Shown here: piece by piece, positions 18,306 through 28,858 of the stretch
Layout of the letters: the number at the start of each line of letters is the position of its first letter
Numbering within the stretch: position 1 is the first letter of the stretch
Source of the DNA: Candidatus Binatia bacterium
GTDB lineage: Bacteria > Desulfobacterota > Binatia > UBA9968 > JAJDTQ01
Direction of reading: 5' to 3'
Assembly (NCBI GenBank): GCA_963666515.2
Contig: OY762897.2
Coordinates: 3,680,001 to 3,744,000 of the forward strand
DNA: 64,000 nucleotides
Notes under the pieces: model-generated
What the model was told of the DNA's origin: nothing
The model's input: the letters and a program-made list of their open reading frames with translations, nothing else
Databases searched by the model: none
Program-made: the position numbers and the translations under genes

Positions 18306-19790
18306 TTGGCCACGGCCCACCACGATGTCAAGACGCTCGGTGCGTACTTCACGCCGGAGGTAGTGGCGGATGCCTTGGTGCGATGGGCCGTTCGCGACCC
18401 CGGCGACCTCCTGCTCGATCCATCGAGCGGCGATGGCCGCTTCGTTGCGCGTCATCCGAACAGCGTCGGCATCGAACGGGATCCGGCGTCGGTCGCACAA
18501 GCGTCCGTGCGGGCTCCGAATGCGACACTCGTAAACAGCGATTTCTTCACGTGGGTGTCTGACGACCACCGCCAGTTCGACTGCGCAGCCGGTAATCCTC
18601 CCTTCATTCGGTATCAGCGGTTCAGCGGCCCGACCCGGCAGGCCGCACTCGACTACTGCCGCCGCCTGGGCGTCATCTTCAGCGGCTTGTCGTCATCATG
18701 GGCGCCGTTCATCGTGGCGGCGGCCAGCAAGCTCCGCGCAGGCGGTCGGATCGCTTTCGTCGTACCGGCGGAGATCGGTCATGCGCCCTACGCCACGCCG
18801 CTCATGGACTACCTTCTGGCCAACTTCGGTTCCGTGCACGTGGTCGCCATCAGAGAAAAGATCTTTCCACGGCTCTCGGAGGACTGTTGGCTGCTGTTCG
18901 CAGACAGAGCCGGTTGTCAGGCGGACGGTATCCGTTTGTCGAAGCTCGAACGATTCGACCCCAGTGGCATACCGCCAGCGGTGTCGGAACTGATATCGGT
19001 CGAGGAGTGGCGTGTCGGATGGGGTGGCAGGCTGCGGCCGTTCCTGTTGCCGGCGCGCATCCGGAGCCTCTATCAGCGCATTACGACCGACTCCGGGACC
19101 GTCCGGCTCGGTCGAATCGCGCAGATCGGTATCGGATACGTGAGCGGCGCGAACCACTTCTTTCATCTGCGCCCTTCCGACGTGGAGCGCTTCCGGATAC
19201 CCGACAAATTCCTCGTGCCGTCGATCAGGAACAGCCGATACGTCACCGGCACCGAGATTAACGACGCTGACATCGAGCGGTGGACCGCGAAAAACGAGCC
19301 CGTGTTCCTTTTGCGAATCCCACCCCGCACACAGGTGCCCGCTACGGTCCAGGCGTATCTCGACACCGAGGAAGGGCATCGTGCCAGAGGCTCCTACAAG
19401 TGCCGCAACCGCAAACCATGGTACACCGTTCCCGACGTTCGGCGTCCTGCGTTTGTGCTCACATACATGAGCGGCAGATCCCCGACGCTCGTCGCGAATC
19501 GGAGCAGATGCACCTGCACGAATGCACTCTTGGCAGTCGATCTCCGGCCCGAACTGTTCAACGGTGGTAGCGACTTCTGCGGCCAACGACTGTCAGCAGC
19601 GTGGGGTTCACCCGTCGGGCGGCTGAGTTGCGAGATCGAAGGACATCCACTGGGGGGCGGGATGCTCAAGCTCGAGCCGGGAGAAGCGCGTAATGTGCTC
19701 CTGGCTCCGGACGCGGTGATCCAACAGCCTGATGCCGCGCTGCTCGACGAAGGTATCGAAATGATGCGCCAATGGAGGCACGTCGCGTGA
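18306..19790 (+). CDS. N6-adenine DNA methyltransferase (gamma class), type II R-M
   Basis: GAYFTP, motif I LLDPSSGDGRF, motif IV GNPPFIRY, C-terminal target-recognition region. TTG start. Confidence 0.9.
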   Translation: MATAHHDVKTLGAYFTPEVVADALVRWAVRDPGDLLLDPSSGDGRFVARHPNSVGIERDPASVAQASVRAPNATLVNSDFFTWVSDDHRQFDCAAGNPPFIRYQRFSGPTRQAALDYCRRLGVIFSGLSSSWAPFIVAAASKLRAGGRIAFVVPAEIGHAPYATPLMDYLLANFGSVHVVAIREKIFPRLSEDCWLLFADRAGCQADGIRLSKLERFDPSGIPPAVSELISVEEWRVGWGGRLRPFLLPARIRSLYQRITTDSGTVRLGRIAQIGIGYVSGANHFFHLRPSDVERFRIPDKFLVPSIRNSRYVTGTEINDADIERWTAKNEPVFLLRIPPRTQVPATVQAYLDTEEGHRARGSYKCRNRKPWYTVPDVRRPAFVLTYMSGRSPTLVANRSRCTCTNALLAVDLRPELFNGGSDFCGQRLSAAWGSPVGRLSCEIEGHPLGGGMLKLEPGEARNVLLAPDAVIQQPDAALLDEGIEMMRQWRHVA

Positions 19791-20680
19791 GTGCCTGCGA
19801 GTGGATATCGCTCAGGTCGGCCCTTGCCCACTTCGTCACGTTCCGCGGGGCGCCACAGAGCCAACGACACATCAAGCCGCTTCATTGGTACGTCGCCTGC
19901 AGGCTCGTCGTAGAAGGTGGATTCCACCCAGACGAGATCATGCCACGCCCGCCGTTCCGGGTGGACGAGAGCCGCAGACAGCCGGTGTTGATCCATGATC
20001 CGAGCCTCGGCGGTGCCGGTGAACGGACTGTCTACGGCGGTCTCAAGACCAAGGACGTAGACGTTGTCGTGACCAAGGAGGGGATCGGGCCGGTGCTCGC
20101 GGTCTCCTGCAAAGGGGCAATCGGTGCGTTCCGGAATCTCACGAATCGGATGGAAGAAGCGGTCGGCGACTGCACCAATCTTCACATCGCCTATCCGCCG
20201 CTCGTGTGCGGTTACTTGTTCATCATGCGGGCAAACCGCGCTGAGGAAATCGGGTTGGTCCGCCAACCGGAGTCATCGCAGCAGCCCGTTCGGCCGGTCG
20301 CGGAGAACGATGTGGCCCTTGACGAACGCGGCCAGCCAGTCGCGGCAGTTCGACGATTCCATGCGGCGCTTCGCGAATTGGCCGACAGACGCGGCATTCG
20401 AGACGACGTGAGCCGTTACGAAGCGATCTCACTCGCGCTCGCTTCGACCCGGCCGGAGGAGGTCGGAGAGATCGTCAACGAGTTCCCCGATCCAGGCAGT
20501 GCGCTACGGTTCGAACGGTTCTTCGAGACGGTATACCGACAATACGACGAACGATTCGTCTACGCCGCTCCCGACCTCAGGAAGGTGACGGCTCGCAAGG
20601 AGTGGGCGAAGGCGTCCGAAGCCTTCAGTACAACAACGCTGACCGACATGGACTACGAACCGAGAAGCCGCGAGTCTTGA
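19787..20680 (+). CDS. Type II restriction endonuclease, PaeR7I/XhoI-like PD-(D/E)xK fold
   Basis: GTGA overlap with the MTase stop and GGAGG RBS. KDVDVVV...LAVSCK...FRNLTNRMEEAVG recalls the XhoI/PaeR7I NNR.EEA.G motif. Confidence 0.75.
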   Translation: MSACEWISLRSALAHFVTFRGAPQSQRHIKPLHWYVACRLVVEGGFHPDEIMPRPPFRVDESRRQPVLIHDPSLGGAGERTVYGGLKTKDVDVVVTKEGIGPVLAVSCKGAIGAFRNLTNRMEEAVGDCTNLHIAYPPLVCGYLFIMRANRAEEIGLVRQPESSQQPVRPVAENDVALDERGQPVAAVRRFHAALRELADRRGIRDDVSRYEAISLALASTRPEEVGEIVNEFPDPGSALRFERFFETVYRQYDERFVYAAPDLRKVTARKEWAKASEAFSTTTLTDMDYEPRSRES

Positions 20681-20714
20681 TCACGACCCGGAACGGCACC
20701 TCCCAAGAGAACAA

Positions 20715-21758
20715 ATGCCCGACATCCAGTTCGACCTCGGCTTCAGTTCGCGAACCGTCGCCGCCTACCCGCTGGCCCGGCGGGTGGCCATCATCAAGAG
20801 CGCGGAGGCGCTCGGCTTCGACCGCCTGTGGCATTCCAACGAAAAGTTCGGCCGCGACATGGTGGCCAACATGACCCTGAGCGCCGCCCACACTGAACGC
20901 ATCGGCATCGGCGCCGCGGTCACCGACCCCTACAGCGTCCACCCCTCCCTTACTGCCGCGGCCATGGCCACGGTGGACGACATCTCCTCCGGCCGCGTCA
21001 TCGTCGGCATCGGCGCCGGCGGCTCCGGCTTTCCCGCCATGGGCATCCAGCGGGAGCATCCGGTGGCGGCCACAGGGGACGCCATCGCCATCATGCGCGG
21101 CATGTGGGCCGGCAAGCCCGCGACCGTGGACGGAAAAGTCGTGAGCGTCCGGAGCGGGGTCCTGGGGTTCAAGGCCCGCGCCGACATCCGCATCGTGATC
21201 GCCACCCGCGGACCCGCGATGTTCCGCTTGGCCGGCCGAGTCGCCGACGGCGCCATGATCGCCACCATGGCTACCCCCGAGGGCGTCGGCATAGCCTGGG
21301 ATTTCGTGCGGCAAGGCGCGCAACAGGCCGGCCGCGACCCGGAAGATATCGAGATCATCTCGCGCGTCGACACCTGCGTGGACCGGGACCGCGATAAAGC
21401 CCGCGCCGGGGTCAAGCAGATGATCGCCTTCCTGTTGTGGAGCAGCTACCCCAACCGCGACTTCGTCACGCAGTTGGGCATGGAGGTTCCGGCCGAGTTG
21501 GAAGCCATAATCGCCAAGCGCGACTACGAACTAATGTTCGAGGCCGGCCCCCTCGTCCCCGAGGAGTTCGTCGACGCCTTCGCCTGGGCCGGCACCCCCG
21601 AGGAAGTCGCCGCCAAAATCACCCGCATCGCCGAAATGGGCATCCGCCGCTTCGGCACCTGGGTGCTCGCACCGCCGGGAGGGGGGATCGAGTCGGTGAT
21701 TCAGCTCATCGCCGAGGAGGTGATGCCGCGGGTGCGGGGAGGCGGGGACGGTGGATGA
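20715..21758 (+). CDS. LLM class oxidoreductase (Mer-like)
   Basis: AEALGFDRLW, TERIGIGAAVTDPYSVHPSLTAAAMATVDDISSGRVIVGIGAG, ATRGPAMFRLAGRVADG. Confidence 0.9.
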   Translation: MPDIQFDLGFSSRTVAAYPLARRVAIIKSAEALGFDRLWHSNEKFGRDMVANMTLSAAHTERIGIGAAVTDPYSVHPSLTAAAMATVDDISSGRVIVGIGAGGSGFPAMGIQREHPVAATGDAIAIMRGMWAGKPATVDGKVVSVRSGVLGFKARADIRIVIATRGPAMFRLAGRVADGAMIATMATPEGVGIAWDFVRQGAQQAGRDPEDIEIISRVDTCVDRDRDKARAGVKQMIAFLLWSSYPNRDFVTQLGMEVPAELEAIIAKRDYELMFEAGPLVPEEFVDAFAWAGTPEEVAAKITRIAEMGIRRFGTWVLAPPGGGIESVIQLIAEEVMPRVRGGGDGG

Positions 21759-21899
21759 AACGTTTGCTCACACCGACTACCGCCAACCTGTCGATATAGT
21801 GGAACATTGTCCATGCCTCGCATGGGCCGAACCTATATTGCGGACGCAACCGTATTGTGGAAACTCGCGGCAAGCCACCTCACTTCTATAGGATCAGGA

Positions 21900-24540
21900 A
21901 TGGTTCCACTCAATTCACCAGAACTCGACCGTCTCGCAAAATTCCTGGCGAAATACAACTTCCGATCTTCCGTCACGCAACTTGCTGGCCTTCTTACGGT
22001 ACCATCACTGCAGGCCAACACAATCCGCATAGAAACCGCCGTTCATCTAGCCGTCGCACATTGCCAAGGGCGCAACAAACCGGGGAAAACGGAGATTGGC
22101 CACTGGTTGAACCGGGAACTTGGCAATACAACGATTGCTCTTCTTGAGGATCCTGCCAACGACGTCTTCGTCACCAATATCGAAACGCCCAACGGCAATC
22201 GCCGTATCTTCGAAGGGATCTGGGAAACCAATGACTACTTCCTCCAGACTGTTCTCGACCTCCTATTGGGAGTCTCCCCGCAAAATGAACTCCAGAGTCT
22301 CATCAATCCCGTATTTGCTCTGCTAAGGCTAAGCGACTGCGTCGCCGAACGGGTCGGACTACAAAGATGGCACGCTGAACACTCCGATCCGAAAACCAAG
22401 ATCGATGTACCTGCTGCAAATGGAATGGCGGAACGAGCTCGCGCAGTAACGTTCTCAGACAACGACCTTGCCTCCTTGGAAATCGACCGTAATCTCTTAG
22501 AACCGTTTATTCTAAAAAGCCACGAAAGACAGATACTCACTACCGAAACGATCGGCAACACATCCCTCGAAAGACGTCCTCTTGTCGACTGTCGTGGCAC
22601 TCTAGTTCTAGCTTTGCCACACGCAGTTAGCCCTGCGATCCGCAGATACGTACTGTCTGAGCTCTTGCGCAAAGATCACCTGCCAAGTTTCGCTCGCGCT
22701 TTGGAAGACTTCCAAGCCCGACAAATTATGATGGAAGGCTTTCAAGAATTGAATACGGACATCGGGCCCCTGGACATCCCCGCGCCGTCTGACGAGAGAC
22801 CGAGACTTACAGACTGGTTATATAAGTATGACACCGACAAATACCTTCACGTAGTCTTGCTCCATGACCGGTTGGACCTGCTGGAGAAGGAAGGCCTGAC
22901 CAGTTTCATGCGATATCCACCACGACGAAGCAGGGCGTTTGACAACCATCTTCATGGGGTTGCCAACTATTGTGCTTCGTTGCCGGATTTTGGCGAAGGT
23001 ACCACACTACTGATATTGGGTGGGCTCGGCCGCGGCTTCGGCCTAAATTTCACAAAATTGCCAAATCGGTGGCATTCTTCTGTTATTCGGATATCGGACT
23101 TCCTCAACCTGGCCAAAACTCCCGATCTTCCGGTGACACACTATCTTAAGTTTCTTCGCCAGAAAGACCACCTGAAGGACGCGGGCGTCCGCTTTATGGA
23201 CGTCGAGGGTGACTTCAACCTCTACGGCTACTGGCATCAATCGGACTATCAGCTATTGCCCGTCGATCTCCCATTGGGTCCAGAGGCTTTAGTTGCCATA
23301 TGGCCTGACTTTGTTTTGTCGTCCCGACAAAAAGCTCGAAGACTTGTTGACGAGCATGTCACTCAAGATACAGAAGGCCACCACTTGCCCGTCAGGCGCT
23401 TTTTCCGCGAGGAGTTTTTCCGATCCCTAGAGGATCGGCCCATTTATGTGAGTATGCCCCATCTACAGGCCGGTGTACTTGCCGGCGTGGTGGAAACAAA
23501 GCACGGTCCATGTTGGTTGTCCGTGGGGGGATCTAGACTTCATAAGGGCGGTAGTCCTTTTGTTTTCAAGATGTGGCGCGGCTTCCTTGAACTATATGAC
23601 AGGCTCGCGGGCCAGCTTGAATCAAGCGGTCTGCCGATGACAACAGGCCCGCTAGAGATCCAACTCAACCTCTCCAACGTGCAAATGCCGGACAGCGACA
23701 GCAGCTCACAAGCCAACGCGACCAGCGAACCCCAGATCGTTGTCGACATCAACCGACGAACGGCGGTGATTGAGTTTTCGCCGAGTATGCTCCAGTCATT
23801 TCAACAACCGGAGAACTTCGGAGAACGATTCGTCCTCAGAAGCATCGCCCAGGCCCTCGTGAGACTCCGTAACGTGGTGGATATGGGTTGTGAAGTCAAG
23901 TTTGTGGAAATGCTCATAGACAACGTACTTGAAAAACCTGATATTCGAGTTCTTCACCTGTTGCCCGTGCATGACTCTGTTGACGGTTTACAACAGAGCA
24001 ATAGTCCACAGGCCATATTTGTAGCTCCCGAGGACCACGCTTTCGCTACCCTCGGGTTGTCCGAAGGCTGCATACCAACTCCGAATTCCACCGCAATCAC
24101 CGAAAAATCTGACTGCAACCGCTTCCTTCGCTCTGTCGTTGACAAAGTCTGGAGAGAAATACGTGACCGCCTGCGACAATTGGACCGTACATCTGTCATT
24201 TGTAAGTTGCTAAACGTGCATGAAGCTATTGGGCACGACAGAGACCATTGGAAGCGTACGGCACGGGCTCTAATTGCACTCTATGCGACCGGGGACGACG
24301 TTTTCGCCGTCGCGCGCGATCGTGAAGCAAAACGGGCCGTTGTCGGACTATCGTCGCGTACACTCCTGGAGATGGCCGTCTGTGAGTGTCCCGAAGTCGA
24401 TGGCCGTAATCTTTCACGCTGGGAACTTGACGATCTCCTGGCCAATACGACGTTAATGCTCGAAGCTGCCACGGGTTCGGACGCTATTGCCTATGACCTA
24501 GTCGAACCTCAAATACACTTACATTCAAATGGTCAATACA
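21900..24540 (+). pseudogene. 5' part of a large (1229 aa restored) nuclease-domain protein, interrupted by an IS1380-family element
   Basis: Long open frame from ATG 21900 (MVPLNSPE) to ..HSNGQY at the IS boundary. The last 26 residues of the track ORF are read-through into the IS. Confidence 0.85.
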
Positions 24541-26205
24541 CCCGTCAGTTGCAAAACGCCCTCTTGAAGAGCCCGCTCAGGCCGTCCTACAAAGGCTCTC
24601 CGGTGTCATACGGCAAATAGCTCAGGCTCACCATCTGTGAAGCTAAGCCACAGCCGCCCGTGAGATAAAATCGAGGGGGGTTGTTGCGACATTTTTTCGA
24701 ACAAAACGAGGTGAGCTCAAGGATGTGGTCTCCGAAACTGATATAATCATCGTTGGTATCATCCCAATACCCGATGAAACGGAGACCACGAAATGAAACT
24801 TAGCAGAACCGCGGTTCGAGGTAAAGCCACGCTGGGCATGGAGGTTCGATTCGAGCCGCAGAAACTGACATCGTATTCGGGGCTCATCCTCTTTCAGTGC
24901 TTCTTTTCCCACCTGGGTCTCAAGGAGCGGCTGGGGCGGTGCTTCCGCCACCTGAAAGCCAATCCGATCTACGGTCACCACGTCGTGTTGCTGCTGCTGG
25001 TGGTGCATCTCATCATCGGACACCGACAGTTGCAAGACTTGGCGTACTACCGGGATGATGAACTGGTCCGGCGGTTGCTTGGGCTGAAACGCTTGCCGGA
25101 CGTGTCTACCGTGAGCCGCTCGCTGAAGAGTGCCGACGCGTGCAGCGTCGACAACGTCCGCGCCGAGTCGAGAACGGTGGTCATCGAGCGCCTGGTGGCC
25201 GAAGGTTTCGCGACTATCACCCTGGACTTCGACGGCTCGGTCTTGAGCACCGGGCGCCACGCCGAGGGCACCGCGGTGGGGTTCAACAAGAAGAAGAAAG
25301 GGGCGCGCAGCTACTACCCCCTGTTTTGCACCGTGGCCCAGACCGACCAGGTGCTCGACGTGCACCATCGGCCGGGAAACGTCCATGACTCCAAGGGCGC
25401 CGATGCCTTCATCCAGGGCTGTGTGTGCACCGTGCGCGCAAGCCTGCCCCGGGCCAGGATCGAGGTGCGCATGGACAGCGCCTTCTTCAGCAGGGATATC
25501 GTCGACCGGCTTCACTCCCTGGGTGTCACCTTCACCGTCTCGGTGCCCTTCGAGCGCTTGGCCGAACTGAAGGGGATGATCGAAGGCAGACAACGATGGC
25601 GGCCCATGGCCAATGGACTCGGCTACTTCGAGACCCGCTGGAAGCCCAAGTCCTGGAACACCCGCTATCGCTTCGTCTTCATCAGAAAACCCGTCCGATA
25701 CCAGGACAAGGAGGAAATCCAACTCGACCTCTTCAAGCCGGTCTCCCATGGGTACGAGTTCAAGGTCATCGTCACCAACAAGAGAATCCGCCCACGCAAC
25801 GTGGCGCTCTTCCACGAAGGACGGGGATCCCAAGAGGGTATCTTCGCCGAGTTGAAGTCCCACTGCCAAATGGGCTACGTGCCCGTCAAAACACGCGTCG
25901 GGAACCAGTTGTACATGTTCGCCAGCATCCTCGCTCACAACCTCACCCGCGAACTCCAGATGCGAATCCACCCCCGTGAGCGTTCCACCACAGCCAAGCG
26001 CCCCGCCCTGTGGTGCTTCCGCGAAATCGGAACCCTGCGCCGTACCCTCATTCAACGAGCCGGACGTATCATTCGCCCCGCCGGCAAGCTCATCCTGTCG
26101 ATGAATACCAATCCGAATCTCGAAGCAGAACTGCGTCACGCCCTCGCAGCCCTCACGCCCCGCGCCTGACTCTTAAATTCAGCCGTGGTTTTTGCAACAA
26201 TCGAG
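24541..26205 (+). mobile_element. IS1380-family insertion sequence (1664-1665 bp)
   Basis: Left end CCCGTCAGTTGCAAAA; right end reverse-complements to CTCGATTGTTGCAAAA. Flanking direct repeat TACA(C) at 24537 and 26206. Single transposase ORF. Confidence 0.9.
24793..26169 (+). CDS. IS1380-family DDE transposase
   Basis: LTSYSGL, ITLDFDGSV, SYYPL, HRPGNVH, VRMDSAFF, HEGRGSQEGIFAELK, TLRRTLIQRAGRI. 458 aa, intact. Confidence 0.93.
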   Translation: MKLSRTAVRGKATLGMEVRFEPQKLTSYSGLILFQCFFSHLGLKERLGRCFRHLKANPIYGHHVVLLLLVVHLIIGHRQLQDLAYYRDDELVRRLLGLKRLPDVSTVSRSLKSADACSVDNVRAESRTVVIERLVAEGFATITLDFDGSVLSTGRHAEGTAVGFNKKKKGARSYYPLFCTVAQTDQVLDVHHRPGNVHDSKGADAFIQGCVCTVRASLPRARIEVRMDSAFFSRDIVDRLHSLGVTFTVSVPFERLAELKGMIEGRQRWRPMANGLGYFETRWKPKSWNTRYRFVFIRKPVRYQDKEEIQLDLFKPVSHGYEFKVIVTNKRIRPRNVALFHEGRGSQEGIFAELKSHCQMGYVPVKTRVGNQLYMFASILAHNLTRELQMRIHPRERSTTAKRPALWCFREIGTLRRTLIQRAGRIIRPAGKLILSMNTNPNLEAELRHALAALTPRA

Positions 26206-27258
26206 TACACAATGGACAGAAATTTCTACAAGGCAGTCATGAGTCCGTTTTTGGCAGCCTATAATCGAGAAGCATTCGAGACTGCAGCCCAAGACTACAA
26301 CAAGCTGTATCGGAGCGAAGCCTTCGGCAAACGGACGCCGGTGGAAGAAGTATATTCTATGGAGTTGATTGAAGCGTTTCAGACTGAATACAGTTTGCCG
26401 GTAACCGCGGCCGTGGAGGGGTGTTCAGAACTCCTTGATTTAGCGGTTGAGCGCAACAGCATCGTCGTAGAGACAACGCTGGGTACTATCAAAGATCGGC
26501 TAACTTCGGCCCGCGGTCTATCCCATGAGGCAGTGGAGGCCTTTGTTCGTACCTTCAGCTTGACCCATCGTAGGTCTTGGGAAGAGCCGCCGCCAGGCTT
26601 CGAGCCGAAGGACATCTATCCATGGCGGTTTAGTCGGCGACTCTCGTATGTAACCCGGCCTTTACTTGTGTTCGGGAAACAAAACACGGATAAGGTGCTG
26701 TTCGCTGTCGGAGCACTGCGCGTCGGAATCGCCTACTTACTGGACAAGATTGAACAAGGCCATTTTTCGCAGGACTTCTTCAAATCAAAACACATGCGAC
26801 GATATATCGGGAAGGTCAACAACCAGAAGGGTCATGCCTTTGCGCAAGCAGTTTCGGCAGAAATGAGAAAGACCGGATGGTCTACGCGGGTTGAGGTGCA
26901 GATGACGGAACTAGGTGGTCCAGCTCAACTTGGCGATCTGGACGTCCTGGCCTGGAAGGCAAACGGAGAGATTCAGGTCATCGAATGCAAGCGCTTACAG
27001 TTTGCTCGAACGATTGGAGAAGCCGCCAGTGTCTGTAAACGCTTCCGTGGCGAGGCCAAGGATGAGTTGGCCAAGCACGTACGGCGCACCGACTGGATCA
27101 GGGGTAACCCCGCGAGCCTTCGCCATGTAGTCGGTTTCATACCAGATGCTGGCGGCATTGATCACCGCCTCGTAACCAACGTACCTGTTCCCATGACCTA
27201 CTTGACGTCACTACCTATCCAGGCGGACAAAATTGGTCCATTGAAATCCGACCTGTAG
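26206..27258 (+). pseudogene. 3' part of the IS-interrupted protein, with a PD-(D/E)xK (NERD/REase-like) nuclease domain
   Basis: Resumes as YTMDRNFYK in frame with the 5' part. Contains KGHAF...GDLDVLAW...IQVIECK...LAKHVRRTDW. Confidence 0.85.
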
Positions 27259-27410
27259 AAGTCTGGTCGCTCAGCCATGTGCGATGAAACATAATTTGGT
27301 GCTGCGGTAAACCGCCAACGCAAATGGACTTGGGCAAACCCCAAGCCGATCGTTCCGCGGCAACAGATCGGGGTCCGATTCTCCCCCTTAATTGGGGATT
27401 CAGGCCTGAA

Positions 27411-27821
27411 CTAAACCGGCAGGGTACTTACCTGGACGCGATGAGCCGCGCGGATGAGATCCTTGTCCAGCGTCGCCAAGGGCAACCGCCGGCGCACGGC
27501 GAGCTCGAGATAGGCCGCGTCGTAGGTGGTCAGGCCTTCATTTCGGGCAAGCGTCAGTATTTCCCGGAACGCCCGGCTTTCGGTTTCCGTGTCGGTAACG
27601 ATGGGAGAACGGTCCAGCAGGTCAAGGTAGTCTGCGATCTGTGCAGCGGTTATGCGGTTGAGTCGTTCCGCCCTTGCCAGTACATTGCCAAGCTCCAAAC
27701 GCCAGAGCGCGGGAACCAGCGCTCCCGAGTCTTTCAGGCGGTCCAGCAATTCGTCTGTCTGCGGCGTGAACTCGTCCTCGAAGAGCCAGGCGACGGTAAT
27801 GGAACAGTCCAGCACGAACAT
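27411..27821 (-). CDS. vapC: VapC/PIN-domain toxin
   Basis: FVLDCS, VPALWRLELGN, LTTYDAAYLELA, LATLDKDL. Confidence 0.93.
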   Translation of the reverse strand: MFVLDCSITVAWLFEDEFTPQTDELLDRLKDSGALVPALWRLELGNVLARAERLNRITAAQIADYLDLLDRSPIVTDTETESRAFREILTLARNEGLTTYDAAYLELAVRRRLPLATLDKDLIRAAHRVQVSTLPV

Positions 27822-27824
27822 CGG

Positions 27825-28064
27825 TTACCGCCGCCCTTCATCGCGCAGCTTCTTCCAGTCCAGGCCTCCGAGCTTCAGACCGGACCGGAGGCTGCGAATG
27901 CCTTCGATCACGCGTTCCGTCGCTATCCGTTGCGCTTCCCCGGCGGCTACGAGGCGAGCTACGGGCACACCGCGCCGGGTGATGAGCACTTCCTCTCCCT
28001 GGGTGACCTTGTCGAGCAGCGACGACAAACGCGTCTTCGCCTCGAACGCGCCGACTTCGATCAT
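27825..28064 (-). CDS. Phd/YefM family antitoxin
   Basis: VGAFEAKTRLSSLLDKV..GEEVLITRRGVPVARLV. ATG at 28064, directly upstream of the PIN toxin. Confidence 0.92.
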   Translation of the reverse strand: MIEVGAFEAKTRLSSLLDKVTQGEEVLITRRGVPVARLVAAGEAQRIATERVIEGIRSLRSGLKLGGLDWKKLRDEGRR

Positions 28065-28077
28065 GCGTCCTACTCCA

Positions 28078-28125
28078 ATCAACTAGTTGATCAGACCAGT
28101 ATAGTCCACGACGGCGATTACGCAA
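28078..28125 (-). promoter_or_regulatory. Promoter and palindromic operator of the phd-vapC operon
   Basis: Minus strand TTGCGT (28125-28120), 16 nt, TATACT (28103-28098), then perfect 14-bp palindrome ATCAACTAGTTGAT (28078-28091). Confidence 0.7.
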
Positions 28126-28225
28126 CCTCGTGGTTGCGTCTCAAGCCATCCGCCCCCGCGCCCGAAGGAAACACCGAAAGGACCCTTCAGGTAGTTGATC
28201 AACCACTGCTTTCCATGAACTCCGT

Positions 28226-28858
28226 TCAGCAGAAATTCTGTGTGAAATATACCTCGCCGTCCTTCGCAACGGCGACGCCGATGCCTGTCCTGTCGTAAGA
28301 TGCGTTCTGGATATTTTTGCGGTGTTCCTTGCGTTCCATCCAGACCTTCACTGCTTCCTGAGCCAGTCCTTCCGGAGTAAACCAGTCACGCGACACGATC
28401 CTGCCGTTGACCGCTCTATACCTGCCGAACAGCGGCACTGCGGCAAGGTTTTCGCCGAGGCCGTAGGTGTAGTAGGAGCCGTAATCCTTGCGGCAGTCAT
28501 ATCCTCCCTTCTGCGCTCTGTCCGTGGCGTTGCGGCCTTCGGGACTGTTGTGACCGAAGTAGTTCCGGGCCGCCATGTCTTCGCTGTGTGAGCGGGCAAT
28601 CAGCCTGATCTCGTCAATGTGTTCCAATGGTTGCAAACCACGCTTGACGCGTTCGGCATTGACCAATTCGTGTGTCCTTTTTTCCAGTCGGCGCGTGTCT
28701 ATGGAAGGTCTTGCAGTGGTGGTCAGCGGCGGGGTTGCAACTGCGAAGGGTGAACCGGATCGAGGGGATTGGGCCGTCTCCGGCGCGCTCCCACAGCCGA
28801 CGACAAGAACCGTTGCGAGCACCCGGAGAGGCCCATTCAGGTAAACCTGCCTTCTCAT
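28226..28858 (-). CDS. CAP (SCP/PR-1) domain lipoprotein
   Basis: Lipobox-like VVGC, LVNAER..RGLQPL, ARSHSEDMA..NYFGH, GENL, W....HRKNI, TGIGV, YFTQNF. Confidence 0.9.
   Translation of the reverse strand: MRRQVYLNGPLRVLATVLVVGCGSAPETAQSPRSGSPFAVATPPLTTTARPSIDTRRLEKRTHELVNAERVKRGLQPLEHIDEIRLIARSHSEDMAARNYFGHNSPEGRNATDRAQKGGYDCRKDYGSYYTYGLGENLAAVPLFGRYRAVNGRIVSRDWFTPEGLAQEAVKVWMERKEHRKNIQNASYDRTGIGVAVAKDGEVYFTQNFC

Noticed and set aside
24643-26139. 498-aa minus-strand ORF inside the IS
   Set aside because: Antisense shadow of the transposase.
27324-28298. 324-aa plus-strand ORF over the TA pair
   Set aside because: Antisense to well-supported vapC and phd genes; no motifs.
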